A DNA stretch of 64,000 nt from Candidatus Zixiibacteriota bacterium. Lineage in GTDB: Bacteria; Zixibacteria; MSB-5A5; GN15; FEB-12. The stretch spans positions 53,731-117,730 of the forward strand of contig JAOUBJ010000014.1 of assembly GCA_029860345.1 (NCBI GenBank), written 5' to 3'. Each line of letters opens with the position of its first letter. The first letter of the stretch is position 1. The position numbers and the translations under genes were made by a program. The notes under the pieces were generated by a model. That model had not been told where the DNA came from. It did not search any database and saw nothing but the letters and a program-made list of their open reading frames with translations. Below are positions 53,618 to 63,035 of this stretch, piece after piece.

Positions 53618-56600
53618 ATGAAGCTACGCTTTTTCGTTCTCCTGTCGATCATGGTTTTCGGAGTCTGTGGTCTGGCCGGCGCACAGTCATTGTCGCTGGA
53701 CCACACCGACGGCCTGCTCGACGCCGACCACCTGAACACTGGTGTGCCGGTAACTTTCTATCTTCGCCTCACCGGTGATGGGGACTCCCACGGTGGCGCC
53801 ACGAATGGCTTCCGCGCCTACTCAGACGACGGTGCTACCTGGAACCCAATGGTGGGCGACACTCTGGGACCGTTGGGCAAAGCCCAATTTGACGGTGGCT
53901 TCTTCATCAGCCCCTTCAGTGTCACCGGAGAAGGCGCCGACACGATCGGTTTCGGTGGCTTTAGGTTCTTTGGACCGGGACTGGCCGCCGGTTTTGACGA
54001 TGTTGTTTATTCGCTCGACATCGGCCCCATTCCTGAATCCTCAATCGGCAAACAGATTTGTCTTGATTCATCGTTCTACCCACCCAGCGGGGTGTGGAAA
54101 TGGGCTGGTCCCGATGTATTCCCGGGATGGGATGGTCCTCATTGTTTCACCGTAGGACCGCCGGCTGCTTGTGCTGTTGCCGTAACCTCACCCGCAGGTG
54201 GCGAGTCCTGGACGTCCGGGACGATGCATAATATCACCTACACCACGACCGATTGTGCCGAATGCAATACTGTCGATATCTCGTATTCGGTCGATGGTGG
54301 CGCCTTCACTGCCATATCCACCGGTTCCACCAACACCGGTACTTTCAGCTGGACGGTGCCTGATGTCGAGTCAGGCAACGTGGTGGTGCGGGTCTGTTGC
54401 ACCGGTACATCCGATTGTGCCACGAGTAACCCATTCACAATCGAAGCACCCGCCGAACCGGTGATCGTATCCGTTGATCCGAACACGGCGGCACAGTGCG
54501 ATGAGGGTCTGGTCGTAACAATTACCGGCGCGAATACCGATTGGCAATCGGTGCAGGGTTCTGAAGTCACGAATCCCGATGTATTCCTGACGCACTCAAG
54601 CGGTTCTCCGACTATTGCCGCCAGCAGTGTGCAGGTGATCAGCACCACCTCGGTGCAGGCTACTTTCAACTTTGCCCACGACGCTGCGACCGGCTTGTAC
54701 GACGTTACCGTCGACTCCCCGACCGCTCCTCCGGATATGCTGCCGGACGGATTCACAGTCACCGCGGCGGCGGCTTCGGCCATCGTGCTTTCGACCAACC
54801 TGATGGAGTTTGACGCTGATGAATGTGCTCCGGACCTCGGCCCGAAGAGCTTCAATGTCAGTTCCGAAAGCTGCGCGCATGATATTAGTGTCAGCGCCAA
54901 CGTTCCGTGGCTTGATATGCCGGTACTCGATGGCACGACGCCGATTGATATCCCGTTATCCGTCAACGAGAGTCTCATGCCCGGTCCGGGTACTCACTCA
55001 GGCTGGGTCACAGTGACGGCTGATGGTGCTACCAACTCGGGTCAGATAGTGACTGTCACCTTGGTAGTTCCGGATGTGCCCGCTCCCGGCGGTCCGTCCC
55101 TTGATGCTGTCCTGTGGGTGACCGATGGTGGTTCGGTCAGCGACCAGAGTACTGCTTTTGGTCTTAGTGATCAGGCCACCGATTGCTACGATGCCGGCAT
55201 AGATGAATTTGAGCCGCCGGCTCCTCCGGGCGACTATATTCGCGCTTATTTCGATCATCCGGAATGGGGTGAACTCCAGAGTGAGTTCAACATGGATATC
55301 CGGTCTCCCTTCAGCACTCTCTGCAAGGAGTTCGGATTGACGATTGAGTCGAATGCTCAGGGACTGTTCACGATCGTTCTTCCGAGCCAATTCCTGGTCA
55401 ACCCGGGTTGCTACAAAATCTCGCTGCTGGATGAATCCGGCAACGTGCTTGTAGACAACTTTGAAACCATGGACTGGTCCTACTCGCACACGTCTTTCAG
55501 TCACAATTTTACCATCCGCGTTTGTGCCGGTGGCGGCGGATTGGCTCCGTCGATCACCTGTCCCGACGGTCCGGTGGATGCCTTCATCTGCGGCCAGGGT
55601 CAGGTCTGTATTGACCTGCCGATAGACAATGCTGATGAGGTTACCTCGAGCGGCGGCGGCGCCTGGGCTGATGGTCAACTCTGCTTCACGGCCACCGAAC
55701 CGGGTGAATATGTCTTTGGCGTGAACGCCACCAACTCCTGCGGCGACGATTTCTGTTCTGTCGTGGTGAACGTGTCCATGGGTTCGGACCCGGTTATCGA
55801 GTGTCCGCAGGTCGAACTGGCCGCCGAACGTTGCGGTCCGGGTGAAGTTTGTGTACCGCTGGTCATCGCCGGTGCTGATGATGTGGTGGTCGAAGGTGCC
55901 ACTTGGGCCGACGGACAGCTTTGTTTCAACGCTGAAGCCAGTGGTCTGGTTAACTTCAATGTCACTGCAACCAACGGCTGCGGCGAGGCTATCTGCGATC
56001 TGTCCGTCAATGTTACGATCAAAGACGTTCCGGAAATCGCTTGTCCCGACGTACCGATTACTGCGACCCAGACCCAAGGTAATATCTGTGTCGATCTGGA
56101 CATTCAGGGAGCAGTTTCGGTCAACGTTGACTCTCCTAATCTGCCGGCAACCTGGGCCGATGGAGAGCTTTGTTTCGACGGAAGCCAAATCGGTGAATTC
56201 ACGGTTGTCGTTACCGCCACCAACGAGTGTGGCGAATCTAGTTGCACCGTGTTGATCAACATTGCGGATTGCCCGCTGCCGGTTGTTGACTGCCCGAGCG
56301 GTCCCATTCAACTCGAAATGTGTGAACTCGGCGCGATTACCGTTACCATCGGTGTCACCAATGCCGACCAGGTGACGGTTTCAGAGGGAAGCTACGGCAA
56401 CGGTGTTTTCACTTTCCTGCCTGATAGCTTCGGTCCACACGAGATTACACTGACCGCTACCAACGCTTGTGGTGCGACTGAGTGTAGCTTCGTTGTCGAA
56501 GTCAATCAGCCGCCGGCAGTCGTCATGACCTGCCCACCGGCTGAGAACTTCGCTACTCTGTGTGAGCCGGCCGAGCTTTGTCTGGACCTGCCCATCGAGA

Positions 56601-58504
56601 ACGCCGATGAAGTTGTCGTCGACGGCGGCGCAACCTGGGCTGATGGTCAGCTCTGCTTCTTGGCCGAGCCCGGCACAACCTACAACTTCACTGTTACCGC
56701 TTCCAACACCTGCGGAAGTGAAACTTGTGTTATCGATTACGGTGTCGACTCCTACGACGCTCCTGTAGCCTGTTTCACTGCCGATCCGATGGAAGGCACG
56801 GTGCCGCTTGAAGTGACATTCTCGAACTGTTCCAGCGACGACACCGACGAAGCGACTTATAGTTGGGACTTCGGTGATGGAAACACCAGTGTCGAGACAA
56901 GCCCGATGCACATTTATGAGTCCATCGGTTGCTTTGACGTCACTTTGGTGATGACCGATGGTTGCGGTCGCCAATCAACAGCGACAGAGACCATCTGTGT
57001 GACCGACGACCAGGTTGTCACCCCGACTGATCGCTGGATCAATATCTATTGCCCCGAGCCGATGCTCGAAGGTGTACCGTTGAGTCCCGGTGACATTATC
57101 ACCGTCTACGATCCCGACGGTGTCCTGTGCGGCATGGGCGAAGTTCAGCCCGACGGTTCGTATGGCATGATTCTGATCTATGCCGACGACATCTACACCG
57201 CCGACGTCGATGAAGGCGCCGACCCCGGTGACCTGATGTGGATCCATATCAACGGTGTTGCCGTTGATCCCGACTCTCCACTCATCTGGACTGAGAACGG
57301 CGCTGTCTTCATGGTGTGTGACTTCACTATCGTGCCGGACGAAACCTGCATCGCTTTCGATCTGGATGCCGGCTGGCATCTGATCTCATGGAACGTCGCT
57401 TACTCTGACGATATCGGCAATGCTATCGCCGACATCTCTGAGTGTGTCGACGTGGTGCTTGGCTTCGATCGCGGTGGTCTAACCTATGATCCTGCTCTGC
57501 CTGAGTTCTCGACGCTCGGTTCCGTTGACTACCATCACGGCTACTGGCTGCGTGTGAGCTGCCCGGTCAGCTTTGAGATCTGCGGCGGAATCATCAGCCC
57601 CAACGAAGCGATTATGGTCTACTCCGGTTGGAACCTGGTCAGCTACTGGCCCGAGGATGTCCTGCCGGTGGATGACGGTTTCGCTTCGCTATTGGCTACC
57701 GACAACCTGCTGGTTGCTTACGGCTTTGACGGCGCCGCCGCCGACTATATCCCCGGCGACCCGCTTCACCAGTCACTTGACTACCTGTACCCCGGCTTCG
57801 GTTATTGGGTCAAGGTCATCAACGACGATATGCTGGAATACCCCGGCTTCTCCGGTGGTACATTCGCTACCCCGCGTGGTGACAATCGTGGTTCGCTGGC
57901 TGCATCGGTTGGTGTGGCTCCGTCACGCAACTGGATGTCGGTCTACGGCGCCAATCTTGAAGTCGACGGCACACCGGTACGCTCAGGCGCTACTGTTGAG
58001 GTCTTCACCGAAAAGGGTGTCCTCTGTGGTTCCGGTGTGTACAACGACGGTATCCTGAAGTTTACCTCGATCTATGGTTACGATGCTGAGAACGACCGTT
58101 ATCCGAAAAACGGCGACCAGCTCAACGTTCGGATCGATGGTGAACGTGTAGCATCCGACCTGACCTACAGCGGCACCGGTACTCGTGTCAGCCTGGGCAG
58201 CTTGTCGGCCGACGACCTACTACCGGACAGCTACAGCATGGCTCAGAACTACCCGAACCCGTTCAACCCGGCCACCACGATCAGCTACAACCTGCCGTCC
58301 GCCGGTATGGTTGAACTGGCCGTCTACAACGTGCTCGGACAAAAAGTGGCCACGATTGCCAACGGTCACTTCCAAGCCGGTACGCACGAGGCAGTTTGGA
58401 ACGGTACCGACGAAAGCGGCAGCGCTGTTGGTTCTGGTATCTACTTCTACCGGATCACGACGTCTGACTTTGAGCAGACCAAGAAGATGATCCTGATGAA
58501 GTAA
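53618..58504 (+). CDS. Giant secreted adhesin-like protein (1628 aa): Ig-like regions, five Cys-rich roughly 80 aa repeats, PKD domain, T9SS CTD
   Basis: The signal is MKLRFFVLLSIMVFGVCGLAGAQS. Repeats of the form CPxxP....C..G..C..L.I..AD.V...GATWADGQLCF......Y.F.VTATN.CG...C...V span 55559-56770. A PKD-like WDFGDGNTS follows at about 56771-57005. The C-terminus reads NYPNPFNPATTISYNLP..VYNVLGQKV..GIYFYRI..KMILMK. Confidence 0.8.
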   Translation: MKLRFFVLLSIMVFGVCGLAGAQSLSLDHTDGLLDADHLNTGVPVTFYLRLTGDGDSHGGATNGFRAYSDDGATWNPMVGDTLGPLGKAQFDGGFFISPFSVTGEGADTIGFGGFRFFGPGLAAGFDDVVYSLDIGPIPESSIGKQICLDSSFYPPSGVWKWAGPDVFPGWDGPHCFTVGPPAACAVAVTSPAGGESWTSGTMHNITYTTTDCAECNTVDISYSVDGGAFTAISTGSTNTGTFSWTVPDVESGNVVVRVCCTGTSDCATSNPFTIEAPAEPVIVSVDPNTAAQCDEGLVVTITGANTDWQSVQGSEVTNPDVFLTHSSGSPTIAASSVQVISTTSVQATFNFAHDAATGLYDVTVDSPTAPPDMLPDGFTVTAAAASAIVLSTNLMEFDADECAPDLGPKSFNVSSESCAHDISVSANVPWLDMPVLDGTTPIDIPLSVNESLMPGPGTHSGWVTVTADGATNSGQIVTVTLVVPDVPAPGGPSLDAVLWVTDGGSVSDQSTAFGLSDQATDCYDAGIDEFEPPAPPGDYIRAYFDHPEWGELQSEFNMDIRSPFSTLCKEFGLTIESNAQGLFTIVLPSQFLVNPGCYKISLLDESGNVLVDNFETMDWSYSHTSFSHNFTIRVCAGGGGLAPSITCPDGPVDAFICGQGQVCIDLPIDNADEVTSSGGGAWADGQLCFTATEPGEYVFGVNATNSCGDDFCSVVVNVSMGSDPVIECPQVELAAERCGPGEVCVPLVIAGADDVVVEGATWADGQLCFNAEASGLVNFNVTATNGCGEAICDLSVNVTIKDVPEIACPDVPITATQTQGNICVDLDIQGAVSVNVDSPNLPATWADGELCFDGSQIGEFTVVVTATNECGESSCTVLINIADCPLPVVDCPSGPIQLEMCELGAITVTIGVTNADQVTVSEGSYGNGVFTFLPDSFGPHEITLTATNACGATECSFVVEVNQPPAVVMTCPPAENFATLCEPAELCLDLPIENADEVVVDGGATWADGQLCFLAEPGTTYNFTVTASNTCGSETCVIDYGVDSYDAPVACFTADPMEGTVPLEVTFSNCSSDDTDEATYSWDFGDGNTSVETSPMHIYESIGCFDVTLVMTDGCGRQSTATETICVTDDQVVTPTDRWINIYCPEPMLEGVPLSPGDIITVYDPDGVLCGMGEVQPDGSYGMILIYADDIYTADVDEGADPGDLMWIHINGVAVDPDSPLIWTENGAVFMVCDFTIVPDETCIAFDLDAGWHLISWNVAYSDDIGNAIADISECVDVVLGFDRGGLTYDPALPEFSTLGSVDYHHGYWLRVSCPVSFEICGGIISPNEAIMVYSGWNLVSYWPEDVLPVDDGFASLLATDNLLVAYGFDGAAADYIPGDPLHQSLDYLYPGFGYWVKVINDDMLEYPGFSGGTFATPRGDNRGSLAASVGVAPSRNWMSVYGANLEVDGTPVRSGATVEVFTEKGVLCGSGVYNDGILKFTSIYGYDAENDRYPKNGDQLNVRIDGERVASDLTYSGTGTRVSLGSLSADDLLPDSYSMAQNYPNPFNPATTISYNLPSAGMVELAVYNVLGQKVATIANGHFQAGTHEAVWNGTDESGSAVGSGIYFYRITTSDFEQTKKMILMK

Positions 58505-58526
58505 CGCCCCCACATATGTACTTTAC

Positions 58527-58558
58527 AGGGACAGGCCCTCGCGCCTGTCCCTTTTTTT
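58527..58558 (+). terminator. Rho-independent terminator
   Basis: The stem gggacagg / cctgtccc closes a ccctcgcg loop and is followed by T7. It lies 23 nt after the stop. Confidence 0.8.
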
Positions 58559-58560
58559 GG

Positions 58561-58760
58561 TGATAGATCACTTCTTCGCGCTTCGCGCGCGGCAGCATCG
58601 CAGGGATGCTGCCCTACTGGATGCGTTGTGATGGCCGAGCCTTCAGACTCGGTCACATTTGATTTGACAACGGCGGGTGGCACCCTCAAAGTCGCTTTGG
58701 GGGTGACTCGCCGCAAGTTGGATTCCCGCCCCAAACAAGGTTTGAGGCGGCCACCCGACG
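58561..58760. repeat. Interspersed repeat modules
   Basis: The region holds gtgatagatcacttcttcgcgcttcgcgcg and a partial hairpin module (gccgagccttcagactcggtc). It also holds gggtggcaccctcaa..gggggtgactc and caaacaaggtttgaggcggcca modules, shared with 27490-27580 and 25575-25600. Confidence 0.75.
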
Positions 58761-58775
58761 ACGCGCACATTTGAT

Positions 58776-58803
58776 TTGACATCGGGTTTTCAGGTCGTAT
58801 ATT
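58776..58803 (+). promoter_or_regulatory. Sigma70-like promoter candidate (TTGACA-N16-TATATT) for the plus-strand module cassette
   Basis: This is a near-consensus match. The TTG of the -35 box is the track's start codon for 58776..59687, so either the promoter call or that start is wrong. Confidence 0.4.
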
Positions 58804-58808
58804 CCGCC

Positions 58809-59687
58809 GTGCAAAAGATTCGGGACTACATCGACCTCCGCCCAATAGCTTTCATCATAGCCTATATAGCTATCGATTTCCAGACCGTCCTGGCTCAGGA
58901 GGCTGCAACCGGCGTCTTTCGCACCGAGCGGATCAATGCACTCGTCCTGGTTTTTGTTTTTTCAACGGCTATTCTTCTTTACACCAGTTGGGCCCGAAAG
59001 GGTAAACCGCTCTTCCTTCGCAAAATTCCCGGTCTTGATGCCGTCGAAGAAGCGGTAGGCCGGGCTACAGAAATGGGCCGTCCGGTCCTGTTCGTCCCCG
59101 GTATCGCCGAACTCGACGAAATCGAGACGATTGCCGGGATTTCGATTCTCGGTCGGGTGGCGCGAATCACCGCCCAGTACGAGACGCCGCTGATGGTTCC
59201 GGTGCGCTATCCTCTCGTACTGGCTGCCGGGCAGGAAGTGGTCGAGCAGGCGTATGTTGAGATGGGCAAAAAAGATTTCTACGACAAAGACACCGTGCGC
59301 TATGTTGCCGGTGAGCAGTTCGCCTTTACAGCCAATGTTAACGGCTACATGATGCGCGAACGGCCGGCCACCAATATCTACATGGGCGCGTTCTTTGCCG
59401 AGTCGCTTTTATTGGCCGAGACCGGCAACGCGGCCGGATCGATTCAGATTGCCGGAACGGCCCGACCGGAACAGTTGCCGTTCTTCATTGCGGCCTGTGA
59501 CTACACTTTGATGGGCGAAGAACTGTACGCTGCTTCGGCCTACTTATCGAAAGAGCCGGTCATGTTAGGCGGACTCAAGGGTCAGGATTTTGTCAAGATG
59601 CTGATTGCATTCGGGATTATCGTCGGCGTTATCTTGGCGTCGCTCGGTTATGGCGCCACCTACTTCAGTTGGTTTGAATCGGTTTAG
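58809..59687 (+). CDS. Module family M1, cassette IV; short form lacking the Fn3-like ectodomain
   Basis: Motifs are GRATEMGRP, FFAESLLLAETG, IQIAGT and PFFIAACDYTLMGEELYAASAYL. Only about 45 aa (signal-like IAFIIAYIAIDFQTVLAQE) precede the TM, against 150-200 aa in the other three copies. The start is uncertain, either GTG 58809 or TTG 58776. Confidence 0.7.
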   Translation: MQKIRDYIDLRPIAFIIAYIAIDFQTVLAQEAATGVFRTERINALVLVFVFSTAILLYTSWARKGKPLFLRKIPGLDAVEEAVGRATEMGRPVLFVPGIAELDEIETIAGISILGRVARITAQYETPLMVPVRYPLVLAAGQEVVEQAYVEMGKKDFYDKDTVRYVAGEQFAFTANVNGYMMRERPATNIYMGAFFAESLLLAETGNAAGSIQIAGTARPEQLPFFIAACDYTLMGEELYAASAYLSKEPVMLGGLKGQDFVKMLIAFGIIVGVILASLGYGATYFSWFESV

Positions 59688-59711
59688 AGAACGACAGGAA
59701 TCTTTTAGAGT

Positions 59712-60371
59712 ATGAAAACCACAGTACCAGTTGCAGTAGCATTCTTAGCCGGTTTGGCACTGGTGGTGTCGTTCTTCTTCCGTGAGGGGACCTTTGTAGG
59801 GGATATCTCACAAGAGCTGACCATCTGGCTGACAATCGTCGGTGGTTTTACGCTGCTGCTGGGCGTCGTTTCGATCACTCGCGTCAACTGGTCGGCTGTC
59901 AAGATGCGCAAAGAGGGCTGGGGCTACAAGCTACTCACTCTGATTTCGATTTTTGCCATGGCCATTCCGGCCATCTTGCCTGAATCCTGGTCGTCACTGT
60001 TCGGACGCAACGAAGGGTCCATCTACGATTGGCTTTTTGTCTATCTTGACTCACCCATGATGGCAACGATGTTTGCCACACTTGCTTTCTACATTGCGTC
60101 GGCTGCCTATCGCGCTTTCCGCGCCCGAAGCGCCGAGTCGACTATTCTACTGTTGACGGCAACGGTCGTTATGCTGTGGCGGGTGCCGATGGGCGAAGCG
60201 TTCCTCAACCTTCTGCCCGGTGACATCCCCGGATTCTTAAATTCTTATGTCATGAACGGCGCCAACCTGGCTGTACAGCGGGGAATTATAATCGGCGCCG
60301 CGCTGGGCGCTGCATCTATGTCGCTGCGCATTATTCTGGGAATCGAACGAACTTACATGGGGAAAGGGTAG
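59712..60371 (+). CDS. Module family M2 (polytopic membrane protein), cassette IV
   Basis: The 219 aa ORF carries TLAFYIASAAYRAFRAR and AVQRGIIIGAALGAASMSLRIILGIERTYMGKG. Confidence 0.8.
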   Translation: MKTTVPVAVAFLAGLALVVSFFFREGTFVGDISQELTIWLTIVGGFTLLLGVVSITRVNWSAVKMRKEGWGYKLLTLISIFAMAIPAILPESWSSLFGRNEGSIYDWLFVYLDSPMMATMFATLAFYIASAAYRAFRARSAESTILLLTATVVMLWRVPMGEAFLNLLPGDIPGFLNSYVMNGANLAVQRGIIIGAALGAASMSLRIILGIERTYMGKG

Positions 60372-60375
60372 CCAC

Positions 60376-61212
60376 ATGAATTTCTGGGAACGGATGGAGC
60401 AAATCGACCGCCGATGGGTCTACCTTATGGTAGGACTGGCTGTTGTTATCCCGTTCGTTATCCCGGCTAATTTCCCGATAAGTATAACCCCGGAAGCACA
60501 GATGCTGTACGACGCCGTCGAAGCACTGCCTGACTCCTGCACGGTGATGGTTGTATTCGATTACTATCCGTCTACAATTGCAGAGTGCGAACCGATGGCC
60601 CGCTCCGCCCTCCATCACATGTGGCGCAAAGACTGCAAGGTGATCACCCTGTCCAATATTCCTCTCGGTGGCCCATCGATGGCCGAAACCGTGACCCGTG
60701 AGATTGCACAAGAGTATGGCAAAGTCTACGGTGAGGATTTTGTCAACCTGGGCTATAAGGCCAACTATGTGGCCGTTCTGTCGGGGATGGGCACTTCGAT
60801 AGAATCGATTTTCCCGACCGACAACTCCGGCACGCCCTTGCCGGAGATACCTATGATGGACTCGGTTGTGAATTACGAACAAGTGTCCTTTATATTTGAG
60901 ATCGCCGACAACGCCACGGCTGATTATTGGGTATCGATTGTGAATGCGCAATACGGTGTGCCCATGGGATGCGGTACAACTGCAGTCAGTGCGCCTAAGT
61001 ACTACGCCTTTGTCGGCTCCGGTCAGTTTGTTGGGCTTCTGGGCGGCATGAAGGGTGCGGCTGAGTATGAAATACTGGTCGACAAGAGAGCAAAAGCAGT
61101 CGTCGGCATGGGTGCCCAATCAATGGTGCATCTTTTGATCATTGCCTTGGTAGTGCTGGGCAACGTCAGCTACTTTATTCTCGGCAAACACAAAAGGGGA
61201 CTCACCTCATGA
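60376..61212 (+). CDS. Module family M3 (bitopic, periplasmic-type domain), cassette IV
   Basis: The 278 aa ORF carries LPDSCTVMVVFDYYPSTIAECEPMARSA and LLGGMKGAAEYE, with terminal TM helices. Confidence 0.8.
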   Translation: MNFWERMEQIDRRWVYLMVGLAVVIPFVIPANFPISITPEAQMLYDAVEALPDSCTVMVVFDYYPSTIAECEPMARSALHHMWRKDCKVITLSNIPLGGPSMAETVTREIAQEYGKVYGEDFVNLGYKANYVAVLSGMGTSIESIFPTDNSGTPLPEIPMMDSVVNYEQVSFIFEIADNATADYWVSIVNAQYGVPMGCGTTAVSAPKYYAFVGSGQFVGLLGGMKGAAEYEILVDKRAKAVVGMGAQSMVHLLIIALVVLGNVSYFILGKHKRGLTS

Positions 61213-61844
61213 GTGGCTGGGAGATTTTTGAAATCTGGGTGATTGCCTTTTTCACGCTGTCTTTGTTCAGCTTCATGTACAAGGACAACCCACTTTACAA
61301 AGTAGCCGAACACATTTTCGCCGGTCTGTCAGCCGGCTATTATGTCGGTCTTATTTGGGACACGGTGATTGTCACTCAGCTATGGGTCCCGATGGTTGGC
61401 GGCAAGTGGCTTTTGATCTTCCCCGGTATTCTGGGCTTTCTTATGTTTGCCCGGTTTTTCCCAAAGTATAGCTGGGTCTCGCGCACCTCGCTGGCCTTTG
61501 TTATGGGTGTAACGGCCGGTATCTTTATAGTGTCACAACTTCACGGTCTGGTACTTCCCCAGATGCAGGCAACTATGCAGTCGCTGGGTGGCGGCGGTGG
61601 ACTTGAGACTGCACTGCTGGCAATTATCGTGGCTGTTGGTGTGATATCGACCCTGATCTACTTCTATTTCTCGAAGGAACATGTGGGGGTGCTGGGTGTC
61701 ACTGCCAAAGTTGGTATTTGGTTCATAATGATCTCGTTCGGCGCTCACTTCGGCTACACCGTGATGGGGCGTGTCTCGCTCCTGATCGGGCGAGTGCAAT
61801 TCCTTTCCGAAGACTGGATCGGATCGTTTTCATATCTTTTCTGA
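61209..61844 (+). CDS. Module family M4 (polytopic membrane protein), cassette IV
   Basis: The 211 aa ORF has an ATGA overlap with the upstream gene. Motifs are FMYKDNPLYK, YFYFSKEHVG and FGYTVMGRVSLLIGR. Confidence 0.8.
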   Translation: MSGWEIFEIWVIAFFTLSLFSFMYKDNPLYKVAEHIFAGLSAGYYVGLIWDTVIVTQLWVPMVGGKWLLIFPGILGFLMFARFFPKYSWVSRTSLAFVMGVTAGIFIVSQLHGLVLPQMQATMQSLGGGGGLETALLAIIVAVGVISTLIYFYFSKEHVGVLGVTAKVGIWFIMISFGAHFGYTVMGRVSLLIGRVQFLSEDWIGSFSYLF

Positions 61845-61869
61845 CCATGCTGTTCGGCAACCGAAAGTC

Positions 61870-62946
61870 ATGGAGGGTTCGACAGTGACAAGATCAATAA
61901 CAGGGACGGTAGCGGCTATCTTGTGTGTGGCCGTGATCGCCATCCCATTCGGTTGCGGCTACGACAAGGACACCCCGGTCTATGACACGACAACTAACCC
62001 CCACGGTCTCCCGGCTCAGGCCTGTGAACTGCTGGACGCGATTGAAGCCGGGCAGTTGGTCAGTTATGATGTAATCACCGAGTCGTTCGGACGCTTGTAT
62101 CTTGAGAACCAGGAGTTGTTGGAAAACGAACATTGGAAAGAGATCATCACCCGGCTCGGCAGTAAGTTTCACCAACGCGCCGATGAACTTGCCAAGCAGG
62201 GTGTCCCGTTTTTTTCGCAGGCGGCCGGATTCTACATTTTGGCCGCTTTCTCGGCGCCGGATGATACGCAACTGGCAAGAAAGGCTGCTCTCTTCACCAC
62301 CTGGAAAGAAGTAACCGAGCGGGTCGATGCCGGGTACACCTGTTCCCCGCTAAGTAAGCATCTCGCAGATCGGCTGGATTTTGTGCGGCACTTTCTTTTC
62401 GGTGATAGTCTTCAGAGAGCGTTTGCCGAACAGTTTTTGGTGCATCAGTTGCTGGACTCCCTGGTTGCGTTGGACGACAATGACGAACCGGCGAGACTTT
62501 CCGATCCGGATCGAGCCTTACTGGCCTGGCTGGAAGTCAGCGACAACGATGTAAGCGATCTGATCGGCCGATTTACGGAACCCTCGGTGAACTTGATTGC
62601 ATATCGAGTGGTTGCTGTGGCGCCGTCGCGATCACGTATCGAACTCTACACGACTGCCGAGAGCGCCATTGCGGACCAATACAGGGTGCAGATTTCATTT
62701 GAAAAGCAGGTACCCGATGACCAGGGACAGCTTGAGATGGAGGAAGTTGTGAAGGAATTCGATTTCGCTCCTGCCATCGGCCCATGGAAACCGGGTGGGG
62801 TAATTGTGGCAACTACTGTTCTTGCCCATGCCGCGAAGTTGTCCGGGGCGCAGGCTGTGCTGGTGGCAAGCGACGACGAATCATCGGACACACATTCGAC
62901 GCCCATCGACCTGTCACTCGATGCAGAGATGCCCTGTTCTCATTAG
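61870..62946 (+). CDS. Hypothetical lipoprotein-like protein immediately downstream of cassette IV
   Basis: The 358 aa ORF reads TGTVAAILCVAVIAIPFGCGYDKD, a lipobox-like FGC. It is helical and acidic, has no recognised family, and has no counterpart in cassettes I to III. Confidence 0.5.
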   Translation: MEGSTVTRSITGTVAAILCVAVIAIPFGCGYDKDTPVYDTTTNPHGLPAQACELLDAIEAGQLVSYDVITESFGRLYLENQELLENEHWKEIITRLGSKFHQRADELAKQGVPFFSQAAGFYILAAFSAPDDTQLARKAALFTTWKEVTERVDAGYTCSPLSKHLADRLDFVRHFLFGDSLQRAFAEQFLVHQLLDSLVALDDNDEPARLSDPDRALLAWLEVSDNDVSDLIGRFTEPSVNLIAYRVVAVAPSRSRIELYTTAESAIADQYRVQISFEKQVPDDQGQLEMEEVVKEFDFAPAIGPWKPGGVIVATTVLAHAAKLSGAQAVLVASDDESSDTHSTPIDLSLDAEMPCSH

Positions 62947-63035
62947 ACTTTACTCAGGCAGTCTGAGACCTCCCAATTAGTACTTGTCATATAGACCGCC
63001 ATTGCCTACCATTGGCTTTCTGAAGTAGCGTGAAA

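Noticed and set aside
53024-53621. ORFs 53024..53218 (64 aa) and 53316..53621 (101 aa, TTG start) in the gap before the giant T9SS gene
   Set aside because: They have no RBS and no recognisable motif, and their composition is atypical. One of them overlaps the start of 53618..58504. I treat the region as a leader or intergenic sequence.
54998-56311. 437 aa minus-strand ORF and other long antisense ORFs (54238..54978, 56381..56974, 29647..30885, 35534..36436, 45270..46103, 60331..61119, 49620-51279, 31054..31692)
   Set aside because: Each is fully contained, antisense, within a plus-strand gene that has strong family motifs. They are Arg/Gly/His-rich with no motifs, which is typical of GC-rich shadow ORFs.
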